A stretch of 64,000 nt of DNA from Anaerolinea sp. (GCA_013822395.1 PNKK01000004.1:33966-97965), one strand, 5' to 3'; shown: positions 38,489 through 48,419, counted from the first letter of the stretch. Program-made: numbers and translations. The notes: generated from the sequence alone by a model not told the origin.

Positions 38489-39460
38489 GTGGATGACCGG
38501 CTCGTGACAGCGCTGATCGTCGTGGTCGGCGTCCCCGCGACGGTGGTCGGCTACATCCTGCTGACCGAGGCCCTCCTGCGGGCGGTGCCGACCCGCCTCC
38601 AGTCCACGATCCGACCCTGGCTGTGGCTCCTGCCGGCCCTGCTCCTGCTGGGCGTCTTCCTCGTCTTCCCGACGCTCACCACGATCGGCCTCAGCTTCCA
38701 GGACAAGCTCTCGAGGAACTTCGTCGGCCTGGCCAACTACGAGTACTTCTTCTCGACCGGATCCACCCTCGCCGCCCTGCGGAACAACGTCATCTGGCTG
38801 GTCCTGCTGACCGTGTTCACCGTCGGAGGCGGCCTCCTCTTCGCCACCCTGTTCGATCGCGTTCGGTTCGAGTCGGCCGCCAAGTCGGTCATCTTCCTGC
38901 CCCTCGCGATCAGCTTCGTCGGCGCCGGTGTCATCTGGCGGTTCATGTTCGCCTACCGGCCCCCCAACGAGCCCCAGACCGGGACCCTCAATGCCGTCGT
39001 CACCGGGCTGGGGTTCGAGCCGATCACCTGGCTGCAGGGCTCGCCGCTCAACACGGTGCTGCTGATCGCCGTCGCGGCCTGGATCTGGACCGGCTTCGCC
39101 ATGGTCATCCTGTCGGCCGCGCTCAAGGGGATCAGCCCCGAACTCCTGGAGGCGGCTCGGGTGGACGGTGCCAACGAGCTGCAGGTCTTCCGGCGGATCA
39201 CCTTCCCGCTCCTGCTGCCGACCGTCGCCGTCGTGTCGACCACGATGATCATCACCGCCCTCAAGGCCTTCGACATCGTCTACGTCATGACGAACGGCTC
39301 GTTCGACACGCAGGTGATCGCGAACCAGATGTACGCGGAGCTGTTCCGGTTCAACCAGCCGGGCCGTGGATCCGCGGTCGCGGTCATCCTGCTGCTCCTG
39401 ATCGTTCCGGTGATGATCGTGAACATCAGGCGCTTCCGAGCCCAGGAGGCGATCCGATGA
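38489..39460 (+). CDS. ABC sugar permease (MalF-like)
   Basis: ORF 38489..39460(+). GTG start with AAGGAGG upstream; EAA-loop context LEAARVDGANELQVFRRITFPLL. Confidence 0.85.
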   Translation: MDDRLVTALIVVVGVPATVVGYILLTEALLRAVPTRLQSTIRPWLWLLPALLLLGVFLVFPTLTTIGLSFQDKLSRNFVGLANYEYFFSTGSTLAALRNNVIWLVLLTVFTVGGGLLFATLFDRVRFESAAKSVIFLPLAISFVGAGVIWRFMFAYRPPNEPQTGTLNAVVTGLGFEPITWLQGSPLNTVLLIAVAAWIWTGFAMVILSAALKGISPELLEAARVDGANELQVFRRITFPLLLPTVAVVSTTMIITALKAFDIVYVMTNGSFDTQVIANQMYAELFRFNQPGRGSAVAVILLLLIVPVMIVNIRRFRAQEAIR

Positions 39461-40359
39461 CCCCGTTCGATCGCCCCATCGAGCGGACGTCCGGACGGCG
39501 CGGTCGACCCAGCCGGAAGGTCGTCCTGAACCTCATCGTCATCGCGATCATGGTCCTCTGGCTGGTCCCGACCTTCGGCCTCCTGTTCAACTCCTTCCGG
39601 CCGGCCGTGGACGTGTCCGGCTCCGGGTGGTGGACGTCGCTCGTGCCACCCTGGAACTTCAACCTGGACAATTACCGGCATGTCCTGAGCCAGAACGACA
39701 TCGGCGAGGCGTTCGTCAACAGCCTCTTCATCACGATCCCGTCCACGATCATCCCGGTCGCCGTGGCCGCGTTCGCCGCGTATGCCTTCTCGTGGATGAG
39801 CTTCCGGGGCCGCGACCTCCTGTTCGTGGTGATCGTGGGGCTCCTGGTCATCCCCTTGCAGACGACGTTCATCCCGTTGCTGAGGCTCCTGGGGCCCCAG
39901 GGTATCGAGTTGCTCGGCCCGGGCGTCGGGTCCTTCGTGGCGATCTGGTTCGCCCACGCCGGATACGGCCTGCCGTTCGCGATCTACCTGCTCCGCAACT
40001 ACATGGGCGGCCTGCCCCGCGAGGTCTTCGAGTCGGCGGCCATCGACGGCGCCAGCCACGTCACCGCGTTCTTCCGGCTGGCGGTCCCGATGAGCGTCCC
40101 CGCGATCGCGTCGCTGGCGATCTTCCAGTTCCTGTTCGTCTGGAACGACCTCCTCGTGGCCCTCATCTTCATCGGGGCGACCAACGCGCCCAACCTGCCG
40201 CTCACCGTCGCGGTGGCGAACCTGTCCAACTCGCTCGGCGGGGAGTGGCAGTTCCTGATGGCGGCGGCATTCCTGTCGATGATCCTGCCGCTGGCCGTCT
40301 TCTTCGCCCTGCAGCGGTACTTCGTCCGCGGGATCACCGGCGGCGCGGTCAAGGGCTGA
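39457..40359 (+). CDS. ABC sugar permease (MalG-like)
   Basis: C-terminal part of ORF 38623..40359(+) from ATG 39457, which forms an ATGA overlap. EAA loop FESAAIDGASHVTAFFRLAVPM. Confidence 0.85.
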   Translation: MTPFDRPIERTSGRRGRPSRKVVLNLIVIAIMVLWLVPTFGLLFNSFRPAVDVSGSGWWTSLVPPWNFNLDNYRHVLSQNDIGEAFVNSLFITIPSTIIPVAVAAFAAYAFSWMSFRGRDLLFVVIVGLLVIPLQTTFIPLLRLLGPQGIELLGPGVGSFVAIWFAHAGYGLPFAIYLLRNYMGGLPREVFESAAIDGASHVTAFFRLAVPMSVPAIASLAIFQFLFVWNDLLVALIFIGATNAPNLPLTVAVANLSNSLGGEWQFLMAAAFLSMILPLAVFFALQRYFVRGITGGAVKG

Positions 40360-40395
40360 CCGCGCAACGCGAGACGCAGCCGGCGACGGTCAGCC

Positions 40396-43110
40396 TCAGC
40401 CGGCGAGGCGCGCCCGGAGCCGGTCGATCGCCTCGGCGAGCTCGGCCTCGCGGGCACGGGCCCCGCTGACGATTGTCTCCGGCGCGCGAGCGACGAAGGA
40501 TTCGTTCGCGAGGCGGGCGCGGACCGCGGCGAGGAACACCTCGGCCTCCGCGATCTCCTTCTCTAGGCGGGCGCGGTCCCGCTCGGGCAGGGCCTCATCG
40601 ACCGGTGCCACGATCCGCGCCTCCAGCTCCCCGGCGACGACGGCAAGCCCCGCCGGCGCATTCGCCTCGAGCGCGTCGCCCGTCGCGTGCCGGATCAGCG
40701 GACGCGCCCGCGCCAGCCGCTCGATGGCCGGTGCGAGGGTGTCGAACGTGGGTGCCAGCCCGGCCGGCACCGCGACGTGCACCGGGAGCCAGGCCGCCGC
40801 CTCGATACCGCCCTCCGCGCGCGCGTTACGGAGGGCACCAACGAGCCCGATGACGGCGTCCAGATCGGCCTCCACCGCTCTGTCCCGCTCCCCCGCCGGC
40901 GGCCAGTCGGCAACGATCAGCAGGTCGGGATCGGAGGCGGTCCGCGGCAGCGCAGCCCACAGCTCCTCCGTAACGAACGGCATGACCGGGTGGAGCAGCC
41001 GGAGGTAGGTGTCGAGCGCGTCCGCGAGCGTCCACCACGTGGCTTCTCGCTCGGCGACCGGCAGCGACGCGTCCGCCAGGCGAACTTTGGCCAGCTCGAG
41101 ACCCCAGTCGCAAAGCTCCGACCAGATTGCCTCGTAGAGCGTTCTGGTCACCTCGGCAAACTGGAGCTCCGCGAGGGCGCGGTCCACGGTCTCGACCGCG
41201 GCCGATGCCCGAGACCGGATCCAGCGCTCGGCCGGCCCCAGGCGGGCCGGATCGGGCGACGTCCGCGGCGCATCCGGCGCGATCGTCGGCGGGCGAGCGC
41301 CCAGGACGAACCGCGTCGCGTTCCAGAGCTTGTTGGCGAAGTTCCGGCCGTCATCGAGTCGCTCGGCCCGGAACTTCTGGTCGTTCCCCGGCGACGTGCC
41401 GTGGATGAGGGCGAAGCGAAGGGCATCCGCACCGGACTCGGAGATCGCCTCGAGCGGGTCGACCACGTTGCCCTTCGTCTTGGACATCCGCTGCCCGTAC
41501 GGATCCTTGACGAGCCCGTGGAGATAGACCGTCCGGAACGGGACGTCCTCGGCGAGGTGGATGCCGAGCATCATCATCCGGGCGACCCAGAAGAAGATGA
41601 TGTCGTAGCCGGTCTCCATGACCGTCCCCGGGTAATACCGGCGGAGGTCGTCGGTGTCGTCCGGCCAGCCGAGCGTGGAGAACGGCCACAACCCCGAGCT
41701 GAACCACGTATCGAAGATATCGGGATCCTGGGTGAGCTCGCCGGACGGCCGGGCGCAGGCCTCGCAGGCAGACGGCCCTCTCGGATCCGCGCTGACCGTG
41801 ACGTGGCCGTCCGGGCAGTACCAGGCGGGGATCCGGTGGCCCCACCAGAGCTGGCGACTCACGTTCCAGTCGTGGATCGACGTCATCCAGTGCTCCCAGA
41901 CCTTCTCGAACCGAGCCGGAACGATCTCCGTCCGACCGGACCGGGTGGCCTCCAGGGCCATCGCCGCCAGCGGCCCGGTCCGCACGAACCATTGCGTCTT
42001 CAGGCGCGGCTCGAGGACGTCGTTCGAGCGCTGGCACCGTCCGAGCACAAGCTCGTGGATCCGTTCGCTCTCCAGGTCAGCGCGCGCGGCGAGGTCCTCG
42101 AGGATCCGCCGGCGGGCTTCGAAGCGATCCAGCCCCGCGTAGGGGCCGGCATTGGCGTTCATCGTGCCGTCGTCGGCCATGACATCGATCGCCGCCAGGC
42201 CGTGCCGGCGCCCGATCTCGAGATCGGTGGCGTCATGGGCCGGTGTGACCTTCACCGCGGCCGTCCCGAAGGCGCGATCGACGGCGTCGTCGGCGACGAT
42301 CGGGACGTCGCGGTCCACGAACGGGACTCGGACGCGGCGCCCGGCGAGCGCGGAACACCTTGGGTCGTCGGGATGGATCGCCACCCCGGTGTCACCGAGG
42401 ATCGTCTCCGGGCGGGTCGTCGCGACGGAGATCCAGCGATCCGCGTCGGGTGTCCCGGCCTCGTCGAGCAGGTGGTAGCGCACCGTCCAGAGCGTCCCGG
42501 TGGTGGGCGTCGCGATGACCTCGAGGTCGCTCACGCTCGTCCGGCAACCCGGGCACCAGTTGATGAGCGCCTCGGTCCGGTAGGCCAGGCCCTCGCGGTA
42601 GAGTCGCGTGAAGGCCTCGCGGACCGCCCGGGACGAGCCCTCGTCCATGGTGAACCGGAGGCGACTCCAGTCGAGCGACGCGCCGATCCGGCGCTGCTGG
42701 CCGAGCATGACCTCACGGGTCGTGTTGATGAACCGCCACATCCGCTCGAGGTAGCGCTCACGGCCCAGGCTCTCCCGGGTCTCCCCTTCCTCGGCGATGA
42801 TCCGGTCGAGGACGAACTGGGCGGCGATCGAGGCGTGGTCGAGGCCGGGCAGCCAGAGCGTCGGCCGGCCTGTCATCCGGGCATGGCGAACCATGACGTC
42901 CTCGATCGTCGACGTCAGCGCATGGCCCAGGTGAAGCGCGCCGGTGATGTTCGGCGGCGGCTGGATGATGATGAACGGCGGCTTCGAGTGATCGGCGCGC
43001 GAGCCGGCGCCGTCCGGCGCGAAGACGTCCGAGGCCAGCCAGCGCTCGTAGATCGCGCCCTCGAACTCTGCCGGAACGTAGGCCTTGGGCAGCTCGCGCG
43101 ACTGGCTCAT
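40396..43110 (-). CDS. valS: valine--tRNA ligase
   Basis: ORF 40396..43209(-) trimmed to ATG 43110 (GGAGGAG RBS). Class I motifs PPPNITGALHLGHA and KMSKTKGN, plus a C-terminal coiled coil. Confidence 0.95.
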   Translation of the reverse strand: MSQSRELPKAYVPAEFEGAIYERWLASDVFAPDGAGSRADHSKPPFIIIQPPPNITGALHLGHALTSTIEDVMVRHARMTGRPTLWLPGLDHASIAAQFVLDRIIAEEGETRESLGRERYLERMWRFINTTREVMLGQQRRIGASLDWSRLRFTMDEGSSRAVREAFTRLYREGLAYRTEALINWCPGCRTSVSDLEVIATPTTGTLWTVRYHLLDEAGTPDADRWISVATTRPETILGDTGVAIHPDDPRCSALAGRRVRVPFVDRDVPIVADDAVDRAFGTAAVKVTPAHDATDLEIGRRHGLAAIDVMADDGTMNANAGPYAGLDRFEARRRILEDLAARADLESERIHELVLGRCQRSNDVLEPRLKTQWFVRTGPLAAMALEATRSGRTEIVPARFEKVWEHWMTSIHDWNVSRQLWWGHRIPAWYCPDGHVTVSADPRGPSACEACARPSGELTQDPDIFDTWFSSGLWPFSTLGWPDDTDDLRRYYPGTVMETGYDIIFFWVARMMMLGIHLAEDVPFRTVYLHGLVKDPYGQRMSKTKGNVVDPLEAISESGADALRFALIHGTSPGNDQKFRAERLDDGRNFANKLWNATRFVLGARPPTIAPDAPRTSPDPARLGPAERWIRSRASAAVETVDRALAELQFAEVTRTLYEAIWSELCDWGLELAKVRLADASLPVAEREATWWTLADALDTYLRLLHPVMPFVTEELWAALPRTASDPDLLIVADWPPAGERDRAVEADLDAVIGLVGALRNARAEGGIEAAAWLPVHVAVPAGLAPTFDTLAPAIERLARARPLIRHATGDALEANAPAGLAVVAGELEARIVAPVDEALPERDRARLEKEIAEAEVFLAAVRARLANESFVARAPETIVSGARAREAELAEAIDRLRARLAG

Positions 43111-43140
43111 TGCGCCGCATCTCCTCCTCGGTCGGTCGCC

Positions 43141-43184
43141 CGAAAACGAAACGACCCGCTCGTCCAGCGGACGAACGGGGTCGT
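43141..43184 (-). terminator. intrinsic terminator of the T-box leader
   Basis: Minus strand reads ACGACCCCGTTCGTCC-GCT-GGACGAGCGGGTCGT followed by TTCGTTTTCG. The 5' arm overlaps the T-box antiterminator sequence. Confidence 0.7.
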
Positions 43185-43380
43185 GGTACCACCTGCTGGT
43201 GCGAGGCACGGGGCCATCCCGCTCATCGCGGTCAGCCGGTTCGGGCCTCCTCGTGGCGCGCTATCGGACGCCGACCGCACGGCTCGCGAGCGACCTTCGG
43301 GTTCGTGGTGCCCGCGCGGCTCGCACCGTCCCGCGCTCGCTCTGTGGCCGACCCGAACCTACTCCTCTCGGTCGTCGCCG
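43141..43380 (-). promoter_or_regulatory. T-box riboswitch leader of valS
   Basis: Elements read on the minus strand:
- GACGACCGAGAGGAGTA (GA/K-turn and AGTA elements)
- AGAGCGA bulge
- distal loop GGTGCGA
- GAAGGTCG with a possible GUC (Val) specifier
- T-box core CAGGTGGTACCACG (GGTGGTACC = complement of 43185-43193)
- a terminator hairpin overlapping the core. Confidence 0.8.
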
Positions 43381-43390
43381 TGAGGTCGGG

Positions 43391-43400
43391 AGTGTAGCAC
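43391..43400 (-). promoter_or_regulatory. candidate extended -10 (TGcTACACT) driving the valS leader
   Basis: Minus strand reads GTGCTACACT about 10-15 nt upstream of the first T-box stem I nucleotides. Confidence 0.35.
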
Positions 43401-43450
43401 GGCCGAATCGGCGGCTCCCGTGCTGCCCCGGTACCCCCTGTGCCAGGTCC

Positions 43451-44023
43451 TCAGGCGCTGTCCGTGACGTCTCGGCGGACCCGACCGCTGATCAGGAGCG
43501 CAACCACGATCGCGGGGCCGATCGCAAGCGGTGCCGCGCCGTTCACCGCGAACCACGACCCACCTCCGACGAGGACCACGATCGTGAGCACCCGCTCCAG
43601 CCGATGATCGGCGAGGTCGGTGAGGGCGCCGTACGCCCCGACCACGAGCAGGAATGGCACGACCCCGAGCACGATGACGTGCACGCTCTCGAGGCCCCCG
43701 AGCAGCCAGCCCATCGTCAGCGGTAACAACACGCTGACCAGGAGCGTGTCCACGACGATCAGGGGCGAAGCGCGGCCGCCGGCTCGCCAGATCAGCACCG
43801 CGAAGGCCAGGACCAGGAGGACGCCGCCGAAGTAGACGCCCCCCATCGTCGCACACATGAAGTCCCCGATGCACGGTTGGGCAAGCCAATAGACCGTCTC
43901 GACCAGGAAGATCCCCAGCACGACCAGGTGCAGGATTCGCGTGACGCGGACGGATGGCACGGGCCAGCGCGGCGCTGGACGCGCGGAGGCAACGGCGGGG
44001 GTGACGGGAACCTCGTCCGTCAC
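43451..44023 (-). CDS. hypothetical polytopic membrane protein
   Basis: ORF 43451..44023(-). About 5 hydrophobic helices; no recognisable family. Confidence 0.5.
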   Translation of the reverse strand: MTDEVPVTPAVASARPAPRWPVPSVRVTRILHLVVLGIFLVETVYWLAQPCIGDFMCATMGGVYFGGVLLVLAFAVLIWRAGGRASPLIVVDTLLVSVLLPLTMGWLLGGLESVHVIVLGVVPFLLVVGAYGALTDLADHRLERVLTIVVLVGGGSWFAVNGAAPLAIGPAIVVALLISGRVRRDVTDSA

Positions 44024-44055
44024 GACCTCATTCGCTGCGGTCTCGGATCACGGGC

Positions 44056-45369
44056 TCAGGCGCTGGCGCCGCGTTCGGCGAGCCACTCCTCGTAGTTCGT
44101 CTCGTCGACGCCGCGGTCAACGTCCGTCTTGGTCAGGAGGAGCGGCAGCCGGCCGCCGCGAATCGTCTCCTCGGTGATGATGCACTTGCGGATCTCGGTC
44201 CGCTCCGGGATGTCGAACATCACCTCGAGGAGCGCCTCCTCGACGATGGAGCGGAGGGCACGCGCGCCGGTCTTGCGGTCCAGCGCAACATCCGCCGCGG
44301 CCTGCAGGGCCCCGGAGGTGAAGACGAGCTCCACCTTGTCCAAGGACAGGAACTTCTGGAACTGCTTCGCGACCGCGTTCTTCGGCTCCACCAGGACCCG
44401 GACCAGGTCCTCCGCCGTCAGCGCGGACAGGGTGACGATGACCGGCAGCCGGCCGATGAATTCGGGGATCAGCCCGAACTTGAGGAGGTCCTCCGGCATC
44501 AGCTTCTCGAGGATCCGGGCCCGCTCCACCGCCGACGGGGCCGCATCCGACCCGAACCCGATCGCCCGCTTGCCGACCCGCTCCTCCACGATCTTCTCGA
44601 GCCCGTCGAAGGCGCCGCCGCAGATGAACAACACGTTCGTCGTGTCGATCTGGATGAAGTCCTGGTGGGGGTGCTTGCGGCCGCCCTGGGGCGGCACGTT
44701 GGCGACCGTCCCCTCGAGGATCTTGAGGAGGGCCTGCTGGACACCCTCGCCGGACACGTCCCGGGTGATCGACGGGTTGTCCGCCTTGCGGGCGATCTTG
44801 TCGATCTCGTCGATGTAGATGATGCCTCGCTGGGCCCGGGCGACGTCGAAATCGGCCGCCTGGATGAGCCGGAGGAGGATGTTCTCCACGTCCTCACCGA
44901 CATAGCCGGCTTCGGTGAGCGACGTCGCGTCCGCGATGCAGAACGGCACGTCCAGGACGCGCGCCAGCGTCTGGGCAAGGAGCGTCTTCCCGGAGCCGGT
45001 GGGGCCGACGAGCAGGACGTTCGACTTCTGGAGCTCGACATCGTCAATCGAGTGGCCGGCGTTGACCCGTTTGTAGTGGTTGTAGACGGCGACCGAGAGG
45101 ACCTTCTTGGCCTTTTCCTGGCTGATGACGTACTGGTCCAGGGAGTCCGTGATCTGGCGGGGGTTCGGGAGCTTGGCGGCGGGGGTCTTCGCCTTCGGCT
45201 GCTCGAGCAGCTCCTCCTCGATGATCTCCTGGCAGAGGTTGATGCACTCGTCGCAGATATAGACGCCCTGGCCCGCGATGAGCTTGCGAACCTGCTCCTG
45301 ACTCTTGCCACAGAAGGAGCAGCGATACGGGACCTTGGGCCCCTTGGAGGTGCTGCCTGTCGTGCTCAC
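44056..45369 (-). CDS. clpX: ATP-dependent Clp protease ATP-binding subunit ClpX
   Basis: ORF 44056..45369(-). Zinc finger CSFCGKSQ...CDEC, Walker A GPTGSGKT, and an IGF-type loop. GTG start. Confidence 0.95.
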
Positions 45370-45418
45370 GCGCCTGCCTCGTGCATCGGTCTCCGGGTCT
45401 CCCGGCCTGCCGTCGGGA

Positions 45419-46099
45419 TCAGCCCTTCGACTTCTTCGTCTCCGGCTCCGGGATGGCCGCGACCTTGCTGCCCTCGCCGCCGGCGAGTCCGGCGTCGTGG
45501 GCCTGCGAGATCAGCGACGACCCCTGGAGGCTGTAGACGGCATCGATGATGCCATAGTCCTGTGCCTCCTCGGGTGACATGAAACGGTCGCGATCCGTGT
45601 CCCGCGCGATCGCATCGAGCGGCTGGCCGGTGTGGCGCGCCAAGATCTCGTGGTTCATACGCACCAGGAGCTCCCACTCCCGCATCTGGATCACCGCGTC
45701 CGGGGCATTGCCGCGGAAGCCGCCGGAACCCTGGTGGATCATGATCCGGCTGTGCGGCAGCGCGTAGCGCTTGCCCTTCGCCCCGGCTGCCAGAAGCACC
45801 GCCGCCATGGATGCAGCCTGCCCGAGACAGATCGTGCTGACAGGGGCCCGAAGGTACTGCATCGTGTCGTAGATCGCCAGGCCGGCCGTCACGACACCGC
45901 CGGGCGAGTTGATGTACAGGCTGATGTCCTTCTCGGGATCCTCGGACTCCAGGAACAGGAGCTGGGCGATGACGAGGTTCGCGAGGTGGTCCTCGATCGC
46001 ATCGCCGATGAAGATGATCCGCTCCTTGAGCAGCCGCGAGTAGATGTCGTAGGCACGCTCCCCACGGCTGGAGGTTTCGATGACCATCGGGACGAGCAT
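45419..46099 (-). CDS. clpP: ATP-dependent Clp protease proteolytic subunit ClpP
   Basis: ORF 45419..46483(-) trimmed to ATG 46099. Catalytic context [19 protein letters not shown]. Carries a C-terminal tail of about 30 aa beyond the usual ClpP core. Confidence 0.95.
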
Positions 46100-46130
46100 G
46101 TGTGGCTCCTGTCGAACGGTTCGGGATGAA

Positions 46131-47561
46131 TCAGCGGACCGCGGCCGGGGAGGCGTCGGCCTCCGGAGTCGCACCGGGGTCGGTGGAGCCGGTCGCCGCG
46201 TCGGCCTCGGCGGCACTCGGCGGGACGGCGCTCGGGGCATCGTCCTCGAGATGCGGGATGGCGGGATGGTCGGGATGGGCCGCGAGCCAGGCGTTGACCA
46301 GCTGCTCGACGACTCGGCTCCGCCGGAGCGTGCTCCGGATGAAGCTCCGGCCGCGCGCCGACTCGAAGTAGGCGACGGTCTTCCGATCGCTGCCGTACCG
46401 CTCGCGCGCCCTGCCGACCTCGGCGTCGACGTCGGCGTCGGAGATGACCACCCCCTCGGCCTCGGCAACCTTGGACAGGACAAGGAGGACCTTGACGCGC
46501 TTCTCGGCGTTCGGGCGAAACTCGGCGTGGAGCTCCGCCTCGGTCTTCTCGACGACCTTGAGGTAGGCCTCCGCAGCGATCCCCTGCCGGGCCAGCGACG
46601 CGCGGAACTCGTCGTGCATCACCTCGACCTCCTGGTCGACGAGGATGTCCGGGAGCTCCAGTGTGGCGTTCGCCACGCCGTATTCGATGATCTTGTCGGA
46701 GAACTCGTGGCGGGCCCGGTCGAGCGCGTTCCTCTCCAGGCGCGCGTGGATCTCCGCCCGGAGAGCCCCGAGGTCGGCGAACGAGCCGATCGACCGGGCG
46801 AACTCGTCGTCGACGGCCGGCGGGACCTTCTCGCGGAGCTCCCTGAGGTCCACCTTGAACCGGGCCACCTGCCCGGCAAGGCTGGTCTCGCCATAGTCGG
46901 CCGGGAAGGTGATCTCAAACTCGGTCGACTCGCCGGGCCGGAGGCCGATCAGGTGATCCTCGAAACCCGGGATCAGACGCTCCTGGCCCAGGATCAGCGG
47001 CATCCGCTCGGTCGAACCGCCCTCGAACGGGGCGCCGTCGCGGGTGCCGGCGTAGCCGATGATCGCGTAGTCACCAGTCCGGGCGCCCCGATCCTCGACC
47101 GGGGCGAGCGTGGCGTGCTGATCGGCGAGCTCCTCGAGCACCTTGTCCACCTTGGACGCATCGATGGACTCGATCTCGGGCTTGAAGTTGAAGTGCTTGT
47201 AGTCGCCAAGCTTGACCTCGGGCCGGACCTGGACCCTCGCGCTGAAGATGACGGGCTTGCCCTCCTCGGCCTGCTCGATCTCGACGTCGGCATTGGTGAG
47301 CGGCGTGATGTCGTGCTCGATGAGGGCATCACGGTAGGCATGCTGGATCAGGTGATCCATCGCCTCGTCGAGGATCAGGGGCCGGCCGACGGCCCGCTCC
47401 ACGATCGGGCGCGGTGCCTTGCCGGGGCGGAAGCCGGGGATCTTCGTTCGGCGCGAGATGTGCCTGACGGCCTCGTCGATAGCGCTCGTGAGTTGCTCGG
47501 GAGGAAGCTCGAAGCGGAGCTTGAGCGAGCTCCTGGGTGCGGGAGTGACGGTGCTGGACAT
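46131..47561 (-). CDS. tig: trigger factor
   Basis: ORF 46131..48239(-) trimmed to ATG 47561. Ribosome-binding loop [15 protein letters not shown]-type PPIase segment [11 protein letters not shown], and an acidic C-terminal tail. Confidence 0.9.
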
Positions 47562-47688
47562 CGCCGGGAAGTATACGGGCGAGGGCGGGAGTGGCCCGAT
47601 GATGTCGCGGACGCCTGGCCTGGGAGTGGCGCTGAAGCCCGGGCGGCGCCGTTGGCCGACCCGGGGCCCCGTCGGCCGACCCGGGGGC

Positions 47689-47732
47689 GCGGGTGGCCCG
47701 GGGCGGGGGCGCGGGTGGCCCGGGGCGGGGGC
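47689..47732. repeat. perfect 22-bp tandem duplication GCGGGTGGCCCGGGGCGGGGGC x2
   Basis: Read directly from the sequence. It is followed by three copies of (G/A)ATCCTCAGCC within the next 60 bp. Confidence 0.9.
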
Positions 47733-47820
47733 GCCGATCCTCAGCCCGCTCCGATCCTCAGCCCCGGGGCGGCCACGCCAATCCTCAGCCGGGCAAGGCC
47801 CAATGAGATCCGTCGAATCT

Positions 47821-48048
47821 TTGCACCGGATGCAAGACCCCCGACACGCGTTGCACGCGGTGCAAACAACTCCGTCCGGAGGCGCCGACGCCCGGATTCC
47901 ATTGCATTCGACGCAACGAATCGACGCCGTGCTGGCGTCCGCGGCGTTCCGGGCGGGCGTGAGGCCCTTCCTTTGCACGTGATGCACCAATCCGGCGAAA
48001 CGCGAGGCGCGGAGGGCGTGAACCCGAAGTTGTTTGCATCTGACGCAA
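47821..48048. promoter_or_regulatory. array of five 15-bp TTGCA-N5-(T/C)GCA(A/C) palindromes
   Basis: The five copies:
- 47821-47835 TTGCACCGGATGCAA
- 47851-47865 TTGCACGCGGTGCAA
- 47902-47916 TTGCATTCGACGCAA
- 47973-47987 TTGCACGTGATGCAC
- 48034-48048 TTGCATCTGACGCAA

Centre spacings are 30, 51, 71 and 61 bp. Confidence 0.6.
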
Positions 48049-48080
48049 ACCGCCCGGCGACGACACCGGGGCCGGGGTGA

Positions 48081-48184
48081 CCCGGGCGGCGGGCGCGGGC
48101 TCCGAATGCCACGGGCCGCCGGGTGGCACGGCGGTGACCTTGAGGTCGAGTGCCCGGGCGGCGGGCGCGGGCTCCGAATGCCAC
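48081..48184. repeat. 32-bp perfect direct repeat CCCGGGCGGCGGGCGCGGGCTCCGAATGCCAC (48081-48112 and 48153-48184)
   Basis: Read directly from the sequence. The second copy ends 10 nt from the 3' end of tRNA-Leu. The first copy's end overlaps the left arm of an inverted repeat, TGCCAC-N10-GTGGCA (48107-48128). Confidence 0.9.
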
Positions 48185-48193
48185 AGAACGAGC

Positions 48194-48281
48194 TGGTAGG
48201 CGAGGTCGGGGTCGAACCGACACGCCCCTTGCGGGGCACCGGCTCCTAAGGCCGGCGCGTCTGCCATTCCGCCACTCGCCC
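48194..48281 (-). tRNA. tRNA-Leu (anticodon TAG), type II with long variable arm
   Basis: Reverse complement reads GGGCGAG-TG-GCGG-AATGGCAGA-CGCG-CCGGC-CTTAGGA-GCCGG-TGCCCCGCAAGGGGCGT-GTCGG-TTCGACC-CCGAC-CTCGCCT-A-CCA. Confidence 0.9.
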
Positions 48282-48419
48282 GCCGCGAGGATAGCGCGGT
48301 GGCGAACCCGAGGACGGCCCGACCCGGCCGGCCCGGGAACCCGAGTCACGCTTTCGGCGGATTCCTCGGAGTGATGCCCGACCGGCTGGGATCCGTCCGA
48401 GCAATCACCGACGCTCGAG

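Noticed and set aside
45419-46099. Single clpP with a C-terminal tail of about 30 aa as something unusual, given that many Actinobacteria carry a clpP1-clpP2 tandem.
   Set aside because: A single clpP next to clpX is normal in many phyla. The taxon is unknown, and a second clpP may exist elsewhere in the genome.
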